NCBI GenBank assembly: GCA_964424215.1
Contig: CAYRIE010000001.1
Span: forward strand, 1 to 50,921
Length of the DNA: 50,921 nt
Source: an uncultured Pseudobdellovibrionaceae bacterium
GTDB lineage: Bacteria > Bdellovibrionota > Bdellovibrionia > Bdellovibrionales > JAGQZY01
Reading direction: 5' to 3'
Under the pieces are notes generated by a model. That model had not been told where the DNA came from, did no database searches, and saw only the letters and a program-made list of their open reading frames with translations. Made by a program: the position numbers and the translations under genes. Position 1 is the first letter of the stretch. Each line of letters begins with the position of its first letter. Shown here in pieces: positions 1 through 9,922 of this stretch.

Positions 1-2
1 TC

Positions 3-929
3 AGCGTGGAAGAGGCGATGGCCCTCCGGCAGGCGGGAGTTCGGCTGGACATTCTTATTTTCGGCCACGTAGCTCAAAACGGTTGGGACCAGGTTGAGCA
101 GGGTGACTTCATTCCCGTAGTGGGCTCCCTCAGAGAGCTTGAGCAGATGCTGCTCGTCGGCGGAAACGTCAGGTTTCACCTCAAATTTAACACCGGGCTC
201 AACCGTCTGGGGATCCGCGCTGAAGACCTGGCAGCCACTCAAGAGTTGCTTAAAAAAACTAAGTCTCAAAGACTCGAAGGTCTTTGCACTCACCTGATTC
301 AATCCTGGGATATTGGATCAGGAGAGGTTTCAAGCGAGCAAATTCAGCAGTTTCGGGCCCTCGCAGAGGAGTTCAAAGCCAGCGCGCCCGCCACCCACGT
401 GCTCAACAGCATGGGTTTGTTTAAATCTCATGAGCATCACCCTGAGCAGCTCGGATTTTTGGGGGCGCGGCCCGGACTAGCCCTCTACGGTGTTAAATTG
501 CCAGGCTTCGGCCTCGCTGCAGATGGCCTCAAGCCCGTTATGCGCCTGGTTTCAAAAATTGTTCATGTGCAAAAAGTCCGTCAAGGCGAAGTGGTGTCTT
601 ACGATGGGTTGTGGCAAGCCCCCAGAGACTCTGTTATAGGCATAGTTCCAGCTGGCTACGGTGACGGGCTGCCGTGGTCTCTTCAAGGGAAAGGCCACGT
701 TCGTTACATGGGAAATCAACTCCCCATTGTCGGAAAGATATGCATGGACCACATTATGGTGGATATGACAGAGCATTTGGGCGAGCCCCTCTTTAACGAA
801 GAGGTGGAAATTTTCGGCGAGGAAATTTCAGTGGCCCGCGTTGCTGAAAACGCAGGTACGATTCCCTATGAAATTCTCGCAGGGCTGCATGGCCGCGTGG
901 AGCGCCACTGGCAGAGGAAGTCACCTTGA
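3..929 (+). CDS. alr: Alanine racemase, C-terminal ~309 aa (5' end cut by window edge)
   Basis: The frame is open from the window edge. The translation carries alanine racemase C-terminal motifs (VSYDGLW, VPAGYGDG, GKICMDHIMVD, GTIPYEILAGLHGRVER). The stop overlaps the TTG start of the next gene. Confidence 0.8.
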   Translation, partial: SVEEAMALRQAGVRLDILIFGHVAQNGWDQVEQGDFIPVVGSLRELEQMLLVGGNVRFHLKFNTGLNRLGIRAEDLAATQELLKKTKSQRLEGLCTHLIQSWDIGSGEVSSEQIQQFRALAEEFKASAPATHVLNSMGLFKSHEHHPEQLGFLGARPGLALYGVKLPGFGLAADGLKPVMRLVSKIVHVQKVRQGEVVSYDGLWQAPRDSVIGIVPAGYGDGLPWSLQGKGHVRYMGNQLPIVGKICMDHIMVDMTEHLGEPLFNEEVEIFGEEISVARVAENAGTIPYEILAGLHGRVERHWQRKSP

Positions 930-1765
930 GCACTTCCACTTATCAAAGATTCAGAGTCAGGGTGAACGAGAGCTTAGATTCCGTCGGCAGGGCCATCCTG
1001 GCAAGCGTCTCTGGCTTTGTTTCTGAAGTTGGCACCGTTTACAAATTCATGGTGGAAACAACTAGGTTGTTTTTCACTCAGCCCTTGCGCTGGAAAGAGC
1101 TTTTCCAGCACATGGAGTACATCGGCAACAGGTCGGTTTTCATCATTCTTCTCACGGGCCTTTTCACAGGTATGGCTCTCACCTTTCAGGTCTACCTCGG
1201 GTTTAAAATTGTCAATGTCACCTCCCTCGTTGGCCCAACGGTGGCTATGGGTATCACCAGGGAGCTCGGTCCCGTGCTCACAGGCCTCATTGTGGCCGCA
1301 AGGGCAGGCGGAGCCATGGCGGCTCGCATTGGCACCATGAGAGTTACCGAACAAATTGACGCCCTGGATGTGATGGCAGTTAACTCCAAGCAGTACCTTG
1401 TAAGTCCCCGGGTGGTTGCTGCCTTTTTGATCTTGCCCGTTCTCAATGGCGTGTTTATTTCCATTGCGATGGTGGGCTCTTATTTGCTCTCTTCAGGGGT
1501 GCTTGGACTTGATGAGGCGATCTTCTGGGATAAAACAGCCTTTTGGCTCAATCCCAATCACATCAACGAGGGCATGATCAAGTCCTGCATCTTTGGCTAT
1601 ATATTTGCCGTTATTTGTTGCTACGAAGGCTACACGGCCAAAGGGGGAGCCCGCGGCGTGGGCAACGCCACCAACCGCGGCGTGGTTCGCAGTATGGTGA
1701 TGATCATCATACTGGACTTTTTCTTGATGAACTTCATCGACCTCTATTACAGGTTTACCAAATGA
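926..1765 (+). CDS. mlaE: MlaE-family ABC transporter permease
   Basis: 279 aa multi-TM protein with an MlaE/Ttg2B-like core (GPVLTGLIVAARAGGAMAARIGTMRVTEQIDAL). It overlaps alr at the 5' end and overlaps the ATPase gene by ATGA at the 3' end. Confidence 0.8.
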   Translation: MSTSTYQRFRVRVNESLDSVGRAILASVSGFVSEVGTVYKFMVETTRLFFTQPLRWKELFQHMEYIGNRSVFIILLTGLFTGMALTFQVYLGFKIVNVTSLVGPTVAMGITRELGPVLTGLIVAARAGGAMAARIGTMRVTEQIDALDVMAVNSKQYLVSPRVVAAFLILPVLNGVFISIAMVGSYLLSSGVLGLDEAIFWDKTAFWLNPNHINEGMIKSCIFGYIFAVICCYEGYTAKGGARGVGNATNRGVVRSMVMIIILDFFLMNFIDLYYRFTK

Positions 1766-2523
1766 GCACAGAGTCCGCGATCGAGGTGATCGACCTTAAA
1801 AAAACCTTCAATGGGAAAGACTATATCCTGGACGGGATTAACCTTAAAATTCCCAAGGGTAAGATCACGGTCATCATCGGGTTTAGCGGTACGGGTAAAA
1901 GTGTACTCCTTAAGCACATTTTAGGCCTGATGACACCGACGTCCGGGGCTATCAATATTATGGGCCGGCCGCTGCACGAAATGTCAGAGACTGAGCAGAT
2001 CAAGGTTCGCATGAAATTTGGTGTGCTTTTTCAGAACGCCGCACTCTTTGACGATATGACGGTATTAGAAAATGTGCGCTTCCCTTTGGATGAGCATCGT
2101 AGAGACCTAAGTCTTAATCAGCGTGAAGAGATCGCCAAAGATAAGTTGATTCTGTCTGGATTGGCCGAAAAAGATTTTGATAAAACTCCCTCGGAGCTCA
2201 GCGGTGGCATGCGCAAACGTTGTGGTCTTGCCAGGGCCCTGGCCTTAGATCCCGACATTATGGTGTATGACGAGCCCACGACCGGATTGGACCCAATTTT
2301 AACTGAAATGGTAGATAATCTGATCTTCAAATCGCATAATCATAAGGAAGGAGCCTCCTCGTTGGTCGTCACTCATGATCTTCATGCGGCGTTCCGTATT
2401 GGAGACTATGTTGCGATGCTAGACAGCGGTAGAGTATTGCTCTACGGGGTGCCTCAGGACTTTTTTGAATCCGACATCGCGCTCGTGAAGAAGTTTGTGG
2501 CTAAAGGGGTAGGCAAGTCGTGA
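1762..2523 (+). CDS. mlaF: MlaF-like ABC transporter ATP-binding protein
   Basis: Walker A GFSGTGKS, ABC signature LSGGMRKR, Walker B IMVYDEPTTGLD. I used the internal ATG at 1762 (MSTESAIEV) rather than 1543. The upstream extension lies inside the permease gene, and 1762 gives an ATGA overlap. Confidence 0.85.
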   Translation: MSTESAIEVIDLKKTFNGKDYILDGINLKIPKGKITVIIGFSGTGKSVLLKHILGLMTPTSGAINIMGRPLHEMSETEQIKVRMKFGVLFQNAALFDDMTVLENVRFPLDEHRRDLSLNQREEIAKDKLILSGLAEKDFDKTPSELSGGMRKRCGLARALALDPDIMVYDEPTTGLDPILTEMVDNLIFKSHNHKEGASSLVVTHDLHAAFRIGDYVAMLDSGRVLLYGVPQDFFESDIALVKKFVAKGVGKS

Positions 2524-3905
2524 ATTTATTTAAGACTCCAGAATTCAAGGTGGGTGCGCTGGTTCTGATCGTGAGTCTGGTCGTTGGCTGGATTTCGATG
2601 AGCATCAGCGAAGACCCCAGCTTCTTTGGCTCCTCTCGCACCATAACCTTTCAGATGGAAGATGCCTCCGGTTTGATCGAGGGCAGCCCCATCTATATGG
2701 CCGGAATTCGCGTCGGGATGATTCGTAACATCGAGCTGTATGAGGGGCGCGCACGGATCGTGGCCGTTCTTCAAAGCGACCTTGAGCTGACCACCTCCAG
2801 CGGCGTGGAAGCGCGTCCGGCCGGCATCTTAGGTGACAAAAATATTGTCCTAGTGGCTGGAAACCCAGAGGATCCACTCCTTCCCGACGGAGGTGAGATC
2901 ACCAGGGTGAAAGATACGGCCTCCATAGACAAAGTCGTAGCCCAGGTAGGGGAGATAGCTGACAATCTCAAAGCCGTTGCGGAAAACATCCGCCTGGCTA
3001 CAGAAGGAGACGGTGAGACCGCACTTGGCCGAATCATTGGCAACCTCGAAAATCTCACCGGAGACCTAGCTCACCTGTCTGGGGAGCACCGCCAGCAGAT
3101 CTCACAGATCATTGACGACATCGGCGGCATCACTTCAGGTTTGAACTACTTTATCGGCGACAAAACAGAGGATGGCTTCCAGGCCGGCTGGAACAAGCTG
3201 GCCGCCAGCCTGGGTAATGTTGAGAGAACTCTTTCCAACTTTGAAGAGATCACCGATAAGATCAACCGCGGCGATGGCACCTTGGGCCGACTTGTCAATG
3301 ATGAGACGACCATCGAAGAAATCAATACCGCCGTTGCAGGCATCAACGAGTTCATTGGCGCAGGCCAGAGGCTGAAAACCAGCTTGGATTTCAACTCCTC
3401 GTTTATGTCGGCCGAAGATGCTTTCCGTACGACCGTAGGAGTGAAGATCCAGCCCGGCCTGGATCGCTACTACCTGCTTCAGGTGGTGGATACACCCGAG
3501 GGAGCCTTGGAGGAGCGGCAAATCCTGACCACGGTGGACAACAATCCCACAGTCACCGAAGAGCGGCGGGAATTTTTCAGAAACCGCGTTCGCTTTACGG
3601 CCTTGTTTGCCAAGAACTTTCACAACGTGACGCTCAAAGGCGGCATGATCGAAAGCTCCGGTGGCTTTGGGATGGATCTGCACTTTTTTCGCAGGAAACT
3701 CAGTTTGATCACCGAAGCCTACGAGCTTTCAGATTTCAAAGGCCGAGGCTACTTGCGCTACAACGTTATGAACGGCATATACATGCAGGCCGGAGTGGAT
3801 GATCTCTTTAACAATCAATACGATTCAGTGAACGGTTTCTTCGGATTGGGACTGTTGCTCGACAACGACGATCTGAAGGCCCTTCTTTCGGCGGTATCCT
3901 TTTGA
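2520..3905 (+). CDS. MCE/MlaD-domain protein with long C-terminal extension (461 aa)
   Basis: N-terminal TM helix (VGALVLIVSLVVGWI) followed by an MCE-like domain (GSPIYMAGIRVGMIRNIEL) and a long helical region. The GTG start overlaps the mlaF stop. Confidence 0.75.
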   Translation: MNLFKTPEFKVGALVLIVSLVVGWISMSISEDPSFFGSSRTITFQMEDASGLIEGSPIYMAGIRVGMIRNIELYEGRARIVAVLQSDLELTTSSGVEARPAGILGDKNIVLVAGNPEDPLLPDGGEITRVKDTASIDKVVAQVGEIADNLKAVAENIRLATEGDGETALGRIIGNLENLTGDLAHLSGEHRQQISQIIDDIGGITSGLNYFIGDKTEDGFQAGWNKLAASLGNVERTLSNFEEITDKINRGDGTLGRLVNDETTIEEINTAVAGINEFIGAGQRLKTSLDFNSSFMSAEDAFRTTVGVKIQPGLDRYYLLQVVDTPEGALEERQILTTVDNNPTVTEERREFFRNRVRFTALFAKNFHNVTLKGGMIESSGGFGMDLHFFRRKLSLITEAYELSDFKGRGYLRYNVMNGIYMQAGVDDLFNNQYDSVNGFFGLGLLLDNDDLKALLSAVSF

Positions 3906-5392
3906 TGGTTCTTAATGTTTTCGCTAGTGTCAGTGACAAGTCAGGATTGGCCGCAGCTTTGCGTGAGCTGAGCAAGCAGTACGACCTTAAGATCACATCG
4001 TCCGGCGGCACGGCAAAGCACCTCACCGATGAGGGCTTTGAGGTCGAGGATGTTCAGGCGCTTACGGGTTTTCAGGAAGTTTTTGGTGGGCGAGTCAAAA
4101 CCCTTCACCCCATGGTTCACATGGGGCTGCTTTACCGCAATGAGGAAGACCGCCGCGAGCTGGAACGGCAAGGAGGGCGACCCTTTCATGTGGTGATCGC
4201 CAATCTTTATCCCTTTGAAGAGGCGGCCGCTGCCGGCAGCAAAAATTTGGTGGAGTATATCGACATTGGCGGCGTGGCCCTTTTGCGTGCGGCCGCCAAG
4301 AACTTTGAACACGTCGCTGTTTTTTCAGATTCTCAAGACTACTGGCGTATGGCCGATGCGGTCGCCTCCTTAGAGATCCGTCAGGATTTAGCTCGGAAAG
4401 TTTTTCGGACCACAAGTCACCTCGATGATCAAATTGCACAAAAGCTTTTTGGTGAAGACACTCTCACCCAGAGATGGAGCTCTCACCGAACCTTGCGCTA
4501 CGGTGAAAACCCTCAGCAGCGCGGTTGGTGGCTCACCCAAGGGTCTCAGGGCTGGCAGCAGGCTAAAATCCTTCAGGGCAAGGAGATGTCGTTTAATAAC
4601 TTCTTAGATTTAGAGTCCTGCCTAAGAACCTTGCTGCTTCTGAACGCTCCGGCGGTTGTGGCCGTAAAGCACAACAACCCTTGCGGGGCGGCCGAAGCGG
4701 ATCAACTTCTTACGGCCCTAGATCGGGCCCTTAAGGCCGATCCCATTTCCGTTTTTGGTGGAGTGGTGGCTTTGTCTGGACCGGTCGGTGCGGCTGAGGC
4801 TGAACTTCTAAGCGGTCTTTTTCTGGAAGTGGTTTTAGCGCCCCAGTTTTTAGCCGACGGTTTAGAGGTGCTCCGCAAAAAAAAGAATCTGCGCTTGGTG
4901 GAGTGGCCCGAGATGCTTCAGAGCCAGGCACCGCTGGACGTGCGGCCCATCCGCGGGGGCGCCGTTCGGCAGGACGCGATGTTGGTTGAAGAGAACCCTG
5001 ACAACTGGGAAATCTTCGGTCAGCCTCTTAAGGCTCAGGAGAGGCAGGATGCACTCCTAGCTCTTAAGGTGGTGTCCGAGCTCCGCAGCAATGCTATTGC
5101 TATCGTTGCTGGTGGTCAGACTCTGGGGCTTGGCATGGGACAGGTGAACCGGGTGGATGCGGTGGAGCATGCGCTTCACAGAGCCAAGAAATTTCACGGC
5201 GACGTGCCCCACTGGACCTTGGCCTCCGACGCCTTCTTTCCGTTTCCAGACAGCATTGAGCTGATGGCACCTTATCCCGTACAAACAGTGATCCAGCCGG
5301 GAGGCTCCATCAAGGACGATGACGTTCTAGCTGCCAGTCAAAAGTTAGGACGCCGGATGATTTTAACCGGGCGAAGGTACTTCAGGCATTGA
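3902..5392 (+). CDS. purH: Bifunctional AICAR formyltransferase / IMP cyclohydrolase
   Basis: PurH motifs throughout: SVSDKSGL (MGS-like domain), GGRVKTLHPMVH, KHNNPCGAA, ASDAFFPFPD, IQPGGSIKDDDV, and C-terminal RYFRH. Confidence 0.9.
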   Translation: MMVLNVFASVSDKSGLAAALRELSKQYDLKITSSGGTAKHLTDEGFEVEDVQALTGFQEVFGGRVKTLHPMVHMGLLYRNEEDRRELERQGGRPFHVVIANLYPFEEAAAAGSKNLVEYIDIGGVALLRAAAKNFEHVAVFSDSQDYWRMADAVASLEIRQDLARKVFRTTSHLDDQIAQKLFGEDTLTQRWSSHRTLRYGENPQQRGWWLTQGSQGWQQAKILQGKEMSFNNFLDLESCLRTLLLLNAPAVVAVKHNNPCGAAEADQLLTALDRALKADPISVFGGVVALSGPVGAAEAELLSGLFLEVVLAPQFLADGLEVLRKKKNLRLVEWPEMLQSQAPLDVRPIRGGAVRQDAMLVEENPDNWEIFGQPLKAQERQDALLALKVVSELRSNAIAIVAGGQTLGLGMGQVNRVDAVEHALHRAKKFHGDVPHWTLASDAFFPFPDSIELMAPYPVQTVIQPGGSIKDDDVLAASQKLGRRMILTGRRYFRH

Positions 5393-5402
5393 ACAAAGGT
5401 TT

Positions 5403-7136
5403 GTGAACATCATGGATGGATCCACAAAAAAATGGCTCATCAACAAAGACGGCGAAATACTAGGACCGCTGACCGTTGAAGACGTTCTGAGTGGCATCCT
5501 AGCTGGCGACTTTGACGTTAGGATGGAGATCAAAGCACCGGGAAGCGGCTGGCGTTCCATGGCCTACTTCCCTGAAGTGGCAAGCTCCCTCAGAAGTGCT
5601 GGCCTGGATCTGCAGACAACCACGGACTCGTCAACCAACTCAACGGCTCATCTGACTGGAACGACCTCCGTTCAGAATGTCACCGTCACCGACCCCATGA
5701 TGGACGAGGGGAGCGGTGAGTTTCCGGAAACGACCGTGGTGTGGCCCCAGGGCGGCTCGTCCGCCGAGACAAAAAAAGCCAGCCAAGAGCCGAAGCCGAG
5801 CAGCACGCCCGTGCAGACGTCGTCCCAGGAAGTAAAAACCTATCAGTGGGAAACCTCAAAGCCTGCGCCTCGCTCCCAGCGGGTGGGCAGCTATCTTCTT
5901 TGGCTTTTAGTGATGGTTGTGGCCAGTGTGGGTCTTTGGAAGTATCTTGAATATCAAAATAAAGGGGTCACAGCCTCCGTCAACTCAGCTGCCGACTGGA
6001 GCCGTCAGGCCCAGGAGCAACTTGAACTGGGTAAGTTCCGAGAGGCGCTCTCACTTTACCGGCAGATCCTTCAGCAAGATCCCACTCACCTGGAGGCTCA
6101 GCGTAAACTGGTGCCGCTTCTTTTGGTGGTCGAAGGCCAGACCGTAGAGGCACAAAGAATCACCGAGCAGATGCAGATGTCGCTGACCCGGCCTGAGGAG
6201 CGCAGTGAGGCGTTCAACCTCAGAGGACTGATCGAGCTCTACGGCGGCCGCTGGCCTGAGGCCAAGGCCTTCTTTAACCAAAGCCTCGAGTTAGACTCCA
6301 TCAATGCTCTGGCTCGGTGGAATCGCGCCATGGCCTACTATATGGGTGAAGACTTTGATTCCGCGGCCACTGATTTTTCTATGCTAAAGGGTGCCTATCC
6401 GGAAGCTGCTCCCTTAATGAGCCTTCTGAGTTTGTCCCGCGCCGCCACGGCAGCTGCTCCGCTGGAGTTGGCACATGCTGGCCAGTTTGCATTTCAGCAA
6501 GAGGGATACCTTTTGGGCTTGTGGGCAGCCCTGTCTCAGGGGCGGGAGGAGGCGGCAGCAACTTTTGCCGACAGCTTGCTCACAAGCGACATGGATCTAA
6601 CGAGTCTGCATTACCGCGAACCCGCTCTTTTCATGGAGCCGCTAAGGTGGAAGAAGTTAAGCGAAATCTGTGGCGCTATGGATGGGGAGCCTTTGCAGAA
6701 GTGGCAGCACGAAGCGGTCCTTGGGGTTTGCGCTCTGAAAGTTCATAATCTCGTGGGAGCTAAAGGGTACTTTGAAAGGAGTCTAGCAAGGAATCAAAGT
6801 GAGGCCGTGCAAACTCTGTTAGCCAAGGTGTATATGGCGCAGGGAGAAAAAAGCCGTGCCCTCATGCTACTAAATCCCTTAAAAACTCCGCTGGCGGATG
6901 TTTTAGGGCTGCGCCTAGGGGAGAATGACAGCAGCTATAAGAAAGATCACCTTGAGCGCGCCAACCAGTTGAACGATCCGCGCTTTGCGCTTCAGCGTGA
7001 ATATTATTTGTCGGCCATAGCTCTTCAACAGCAAAACATCGACAAGGCCAAATACCACTTCCGCCGAGCCCAGGGGCTGTCAGCTGAGTTCCTGCCGCTT
7101 AAGTCCTTAGAAAGAAAAATATATCATGTGGAGTAG
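5403..7136 (+). CDS. GYF_2 (DUF4339)-domain / TPR-repeat membrane protein
   Basis: N-terminal GYF_2-like segment (KKWLINKDGEILGPLTVEDVL ... APGSGWRSMAYFPEV), an S/T/P-rich linker, one TM helix (YLLWLLVMVVASVGLW), then TPR-like repeats. GTG start at 5403; alternative ATG at 5412. Confidence 0.6.
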   Translation: MNIMDGSTKKWLINKDGEILGPLTVEDVLSGILAGDFDVRMEIKAPGSGWRSMAYFPEVASSLRSAGLDLQTTTDSSTNSTAHLTGTTSVQNVTVTDPMMDEGSGEFPETTVVWPQGGSSAETKKASQEPKPSSTPVQTSSQEVKTYQWETSKPAPRSQRVGSYLLWLLVMVVASVGLWKYLEYQNKGVTASVNSAADWSRQAQEQLELGKFREALSLYRQILQQDPTHLEAQRKLVPLLLVVEGQTVEAQRITEQMQMSLTRPEERSEAFNLRGLIELYGGRWPEAKAFFNQSLELDSINALARWNRAMAYYMGEDFDSAATDFSMLKGAYPEAAPLMSLLSLSRAATAAAPLELAHAGQFAFQQEGYLLGLWAALSQGREEAAATFADSLLTSDMDLTSLHYREPALFMEPLRWKKLSEICGAMDGEPLQKWQHEAVLGVCALKVHNLVGAKGYFERSLARNQSEAVQTLLAKVYMAQGEKSRALMLLNPLKTPLADVLGLRLGENDSSYKKDHLERANQLNDPRFALQREYYLSAIALQQQNIDKAKYHFRRAQGLSAEFLPLKSLERKIYHVE

Positions 7137-7806
7137 GCATCTTCTTTTTGCGGTCCTTGCCATGCTCATCTCCTGCACCAAGCCCTCTGCGCCCGAGCCC
7201 ACGAGCTGGTCCATCATAGATATGAGCCGTGAGCCCTCAGATGTACTACTTCCCATGGCCCTGTGGGATGAAATCGAAAAAAATCACCACGGACTGCATC
7301 CCACCAACTTCGATCCTCGCGGCACCCTGGAAGGCCAGGGTCCGGTGAAATTCTACACCAGTCTTCCCATGGTCGTAGAGATCACAGCCTCTCACCCCGA
7401 TACTTTCGAACATCCCAATTACCGACTGGTTTATCAGGACGGCGGTGGCACGCTGGACTTAGCCCGTTTTGTTCGTGCGGGCAGTGTGGGCAGCCTCAGG
7501 CTCTCCGTAGCTTTGCCACAGGAGTACGAGACCGCTCGTAGGAAAGTATTTTTCTTAAGTCAGTCACCTCAGCGCGACCTGGATGGAAAAACTTTCGGCA
7601 GCGGGTGCAACGTGTTCGTCGATGTCACAAGTTTCTTTGAGAAGTCGATGAAGGACGGCGGCTTGGAGCTTTTCCTGAAGGATGAAAGGCACTTGAGTGC
7701 CTTTGGCGGGACTTTTTTCCTTATGGCCAGCAAAGCCAGCCAACTGTTCTTAGCCCACCTGCGTTTGACAGATTCTCGTTACCCCGAGCGCTCCTGTGAC
7801 CCTTAA
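7126..7806 (+). CDS. Hypothetical lipoprotein
   Basis: Signal peptide with a lipobox (LAMLISC). It overlaps the preceding gene by 11 nt. No recognisable domain. Confidence 0.5.
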   Translation: MWSRHLLFAVLAMLISCTKPSAPEPTSWSIIDMSREPSDVLLPMALWDEIEKNHHGLHPTNFDPRGTLEGQGPVKFYTSLPMVVEITASHPDTFEHPNYRLVYQDGGGTLDLARFVRAGSVGSLRLSVALPQEYETARRKVFFLSQSPQRDLDGKTFGSGCNVFVDVTSFFEKSMKDGGLELFLKDERHLSAFGGTFFLMASKASQLFLAHLRLTDSRYPERSCDP

Positions 7807-7886
7807 GGCCGTTTAAAGCGGCCACCCGCCTGGGAGAGCCGTTAAATACCGTTGTCACCCTGAACTGACTGCGTTATGACCGAGTT

Positions 7887-8861
7887 ATGTCGGACAAGAT
7901 CTTCGTGAAAGACCTCGCACAAAACCAGTCGATCCTGAGCACTTTTCTGGTGAAAGAAAAGGGTTTGCTCGTTGGCAAAAATGGCAAGCCCTATATGGCA
8001 CTGGTTTTGTCGGATCGGTCTGGATCAGTGGATGCCAGGGTTTGGGATAACATTGAACTTCTACAAAATAAATTTGAAGCAGGAGACGTGATTCGGATTA
8101 AAGGCAACGTACAGCTGTTTCAGAACAGGCTGCAGCTCATTTTGCACAAATTGGACCGGGTTGAATCACCTGAGAATCTAGATGAGTTTATCTCCCAGTC
8201 GAGCAGAGATCCTGAGGAGCTTTATCAAGAGCTCAAAGCTGTGGTCGCCACAGTGGAAGACCGGCATGTCAGGGAGCTGCTTGAAAACACTTTGGCCGAC
8301 ACAGAAATTAGGCCGCTCCTTTTGAATGCCCCCGCGGCTAAGACCATTCATCACGCCCGGCGCGGCGGCCTGCTTGAGCACATTCTGTCCATTTGCGCGA
8401 TCCTGGATTTCCTGGCTGGGCATTACAAGATGGTGGACCGAAGCCTGCTTATTTTTGGCGCCATTTACCACGATCTCGGGAAAATTTGGGAGCTTGAATA
8501 CGACAAGGGCGTATCTTACACCACCGAAGGTCGCTTGATCGGACACCTGACCATGGGAGTGGAGCTGGTGGAGAAGAAAGCTTCTCAAATTATGGGCTTC
8601 CCGCAAGATTTGAAAATTCATCTGAAGCACATCGTTCTTAGCCATCACGGCAAACTCGAATACGGATCTCCCAAGCGGCCAAAAACTTTGGAAGCTTTCT
8701 TGGTGTCCTTTATTGATGATTTGGACAGCAAGATGGACGCTATCGTTGAATTTATGAAAAACGACACGATGGTAGGGGACAGTTGGACCAGGTACTCTCC
8801 TCTGTTTGATCGCTACTTTCTCACTTCGGCCCAGTTGCGACAGGACGAAACCTCCTTATGA
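7887..8861 (+). CDS. OB-fold + HD-domain protein, YhaM/Cbf1-like 3'-5' exoribonuclease
   Basis: N-terminal OB-like region followed by an HD domain ([33 protein letters not shown]). This is the YhaM-type architecture. Confidence 0.7.
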   Translation: MSDKIFVKDLAQNQSILSTFLVKEKGLLVGKNGKPYMALVLSDRSGSVDARVWDNIELLQNKFEAGDVIRIKGNVQLFQNRLQLILHKLDRVESPENLDEFISQSSRDPEELYQELKAVVATVEDRHVRELLENTLADTEIRPLLLNAPAAKTIHHARRGGLLEHILSICAILDFLAGHYKMVDRSLLIFGAIYHDLGKIWELEYDKGVSYTTEGRLIGHLTMGVELVEKKASQIMGFPQDLKIHLKHIVLSHHGKLEYGSPKRPKTLEAFLVSFIDDLDSKMDAIVEFMKNDTMVGDSWTRYSPLFDRYFLTSAQLRQDETSL

Positions 8862-9358
8862 TCTCGTACTTAAAGGCCTACCGCCGGTTCGATCCAGCCG
8901 CAAAATCTCTGGCAGAAATTTTGTTTTTGTATCCTGGCGTGAGGGCTATGGCCCTTCACCGAGTGGCTCATTTCCTTTATAAGATCCGGTTGTTTTTTCT
9001 GGCCCGGCTGGTCTCGGAGTTGTCCCGCCTGATCTCGCTGATTGAAATCCACCCCGGTGCAAAAGTTGGTAAGAGATTTGTTATAGATCACGGCGCAGGT
9101 GTTGTGATCGGTGAGACAGCGATTATTGGTGACGACTGCGCTATTTATCACGGCGTGACTCTCGGTGGAGTGCACAGTGAAGAAGGTCGCCGTCACCCCC
9201 GCCTTGAGGACAACGTCCTGATCGGCGCAGGGGCTAAGGTTTTAGGCCCTATCACCATTGGAGCGGGGGCGCGCGTGGGCGCAGGTAGCGTCGTTCTTAA
9301 AGATGTTGAGCCTGGTTCCACTGTGACAGGAGTCCCGGCCCGGCCGGTCATCAGATAG
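8858..9358 (+). CDS. cysE: Serine O-acetyltransferase (short form)
   Basis: Hexapeptide-repeat left-handed beta-helix with a CysE-like core ([41 protein letters not shown] ... [19 protein letters not shown]). ATGA overlap with the upstream gene. Confidence 0.8.
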   Translation: MISYLKAYRRFDPAAKSLAEILFLYPGVRAMALHRVAHFLYKIRLFFLARLVSELSRLISLIEIHPGAKVGKRFVIDHGAGVVIGETAIIGDDCAIYHGVTLGGVHSEEGRRHPRLEDNVLIGAGAKVLGPITIGAGARVGAGSVVLKDVEPGSTVTGVPARPVIR

Positions 9359-9367
9359 GGAGGCCCC

Positions 9368-9922
9368 ATGAGCCAGCGTTGGAAGTTGCTCAAAGAAGCG
9401 GAACTCATGCGTGCCAGCTTTTTCACCTTAAAAACTCAGCAGTACGAATTGCCCGACGGCAGAATCATGCCGGAGTACTACTCTGTTGAGTTTTTAGATT
9501 GGGTCAATGTCGTGGCGCTCACTCGCCATCAAGAAATAATCATGGTGAAGCAGTACCGACCTCCCGGTCAAAAAAGTTTCCTTGAAATCCCAGGAGGCGG
9601 AGTATCCAAAAGCGATTCGAACCCCTTGGTGGCAGCTCAGCGCGAATTGGAAGAAGAGACCGGGTACGTTAGCGAACTGTGGACGCTTTTAGGCTCCCAT
9701 TATCCGAACCCTTCACTGCTCACCAATCGCATGCACACTTATCTGGCGCTCGACTGCTCAGCCACGGGCCAAGTGGATTTTGATCCCTACGAAGACCTGA
9801 TAACGGAGCTGCACCCCATAACAGAACTCAGTCAGCTTCTTTTCAGTGGTCAAATTGATCACTCGGTGGTGATGGCCTCCCTGCTGCTATGTCTTAAGCA
9901 CTTAGGGCTCCAGCTGCCCTAA
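9368..9922 (+). CDS. NUDIX hydrolase (ADP-ribose pyrophosphatase-like)
   Basis: Nudix box GGGVSKSDSNPLVAAQRELEEETGY. GGGAGG-type RBS just upstream of the ATG. Confidence 0.8.
   Translation: MSQRWKLLKEAELMRASFFTLKTQQYELPDGRIMPEYYSVEFLDWVNVVALTRHQEIIMVKQYRPPGQKSFLEIPGGGVSKSDSNPLVAAQRELEEETGYVSELWTLLGSHYPNPSLLTNRMHTYLALDCSATGQVDFDPYEDLITELHPITELSQLLFSGQIDHSVVMASLLLCLKHLGLQLP

Noticed and set aside
1543-1761. N-terminal extension of the mlaF ORF (MAQSQSHQRGHDQ...).
   Set aside because: It overlaps the 3' end of mlaE in another frame and its composition looks non-protein-like. The ATG at 1762 gives a canonical ABC ATPase N-terminus and an ATGA junction.
7807-7823. Hairpin GGCCG-TTTAAAG-CGGCC just after the lipoprotein gene stop.
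   Set aside because: The stem is only 5 bp and no U-tract follows. That is too weak to call a terminator.
8886-8895. A GGTTCGATCC string resembling a tRNA T-arm. A similar GATTCGAACCCC occurs near 9612.
   Set aside because: Both lie inside well-supported CDSs (cysE and the Nudix gene). No flanking acceptor or anticodon stems are present.
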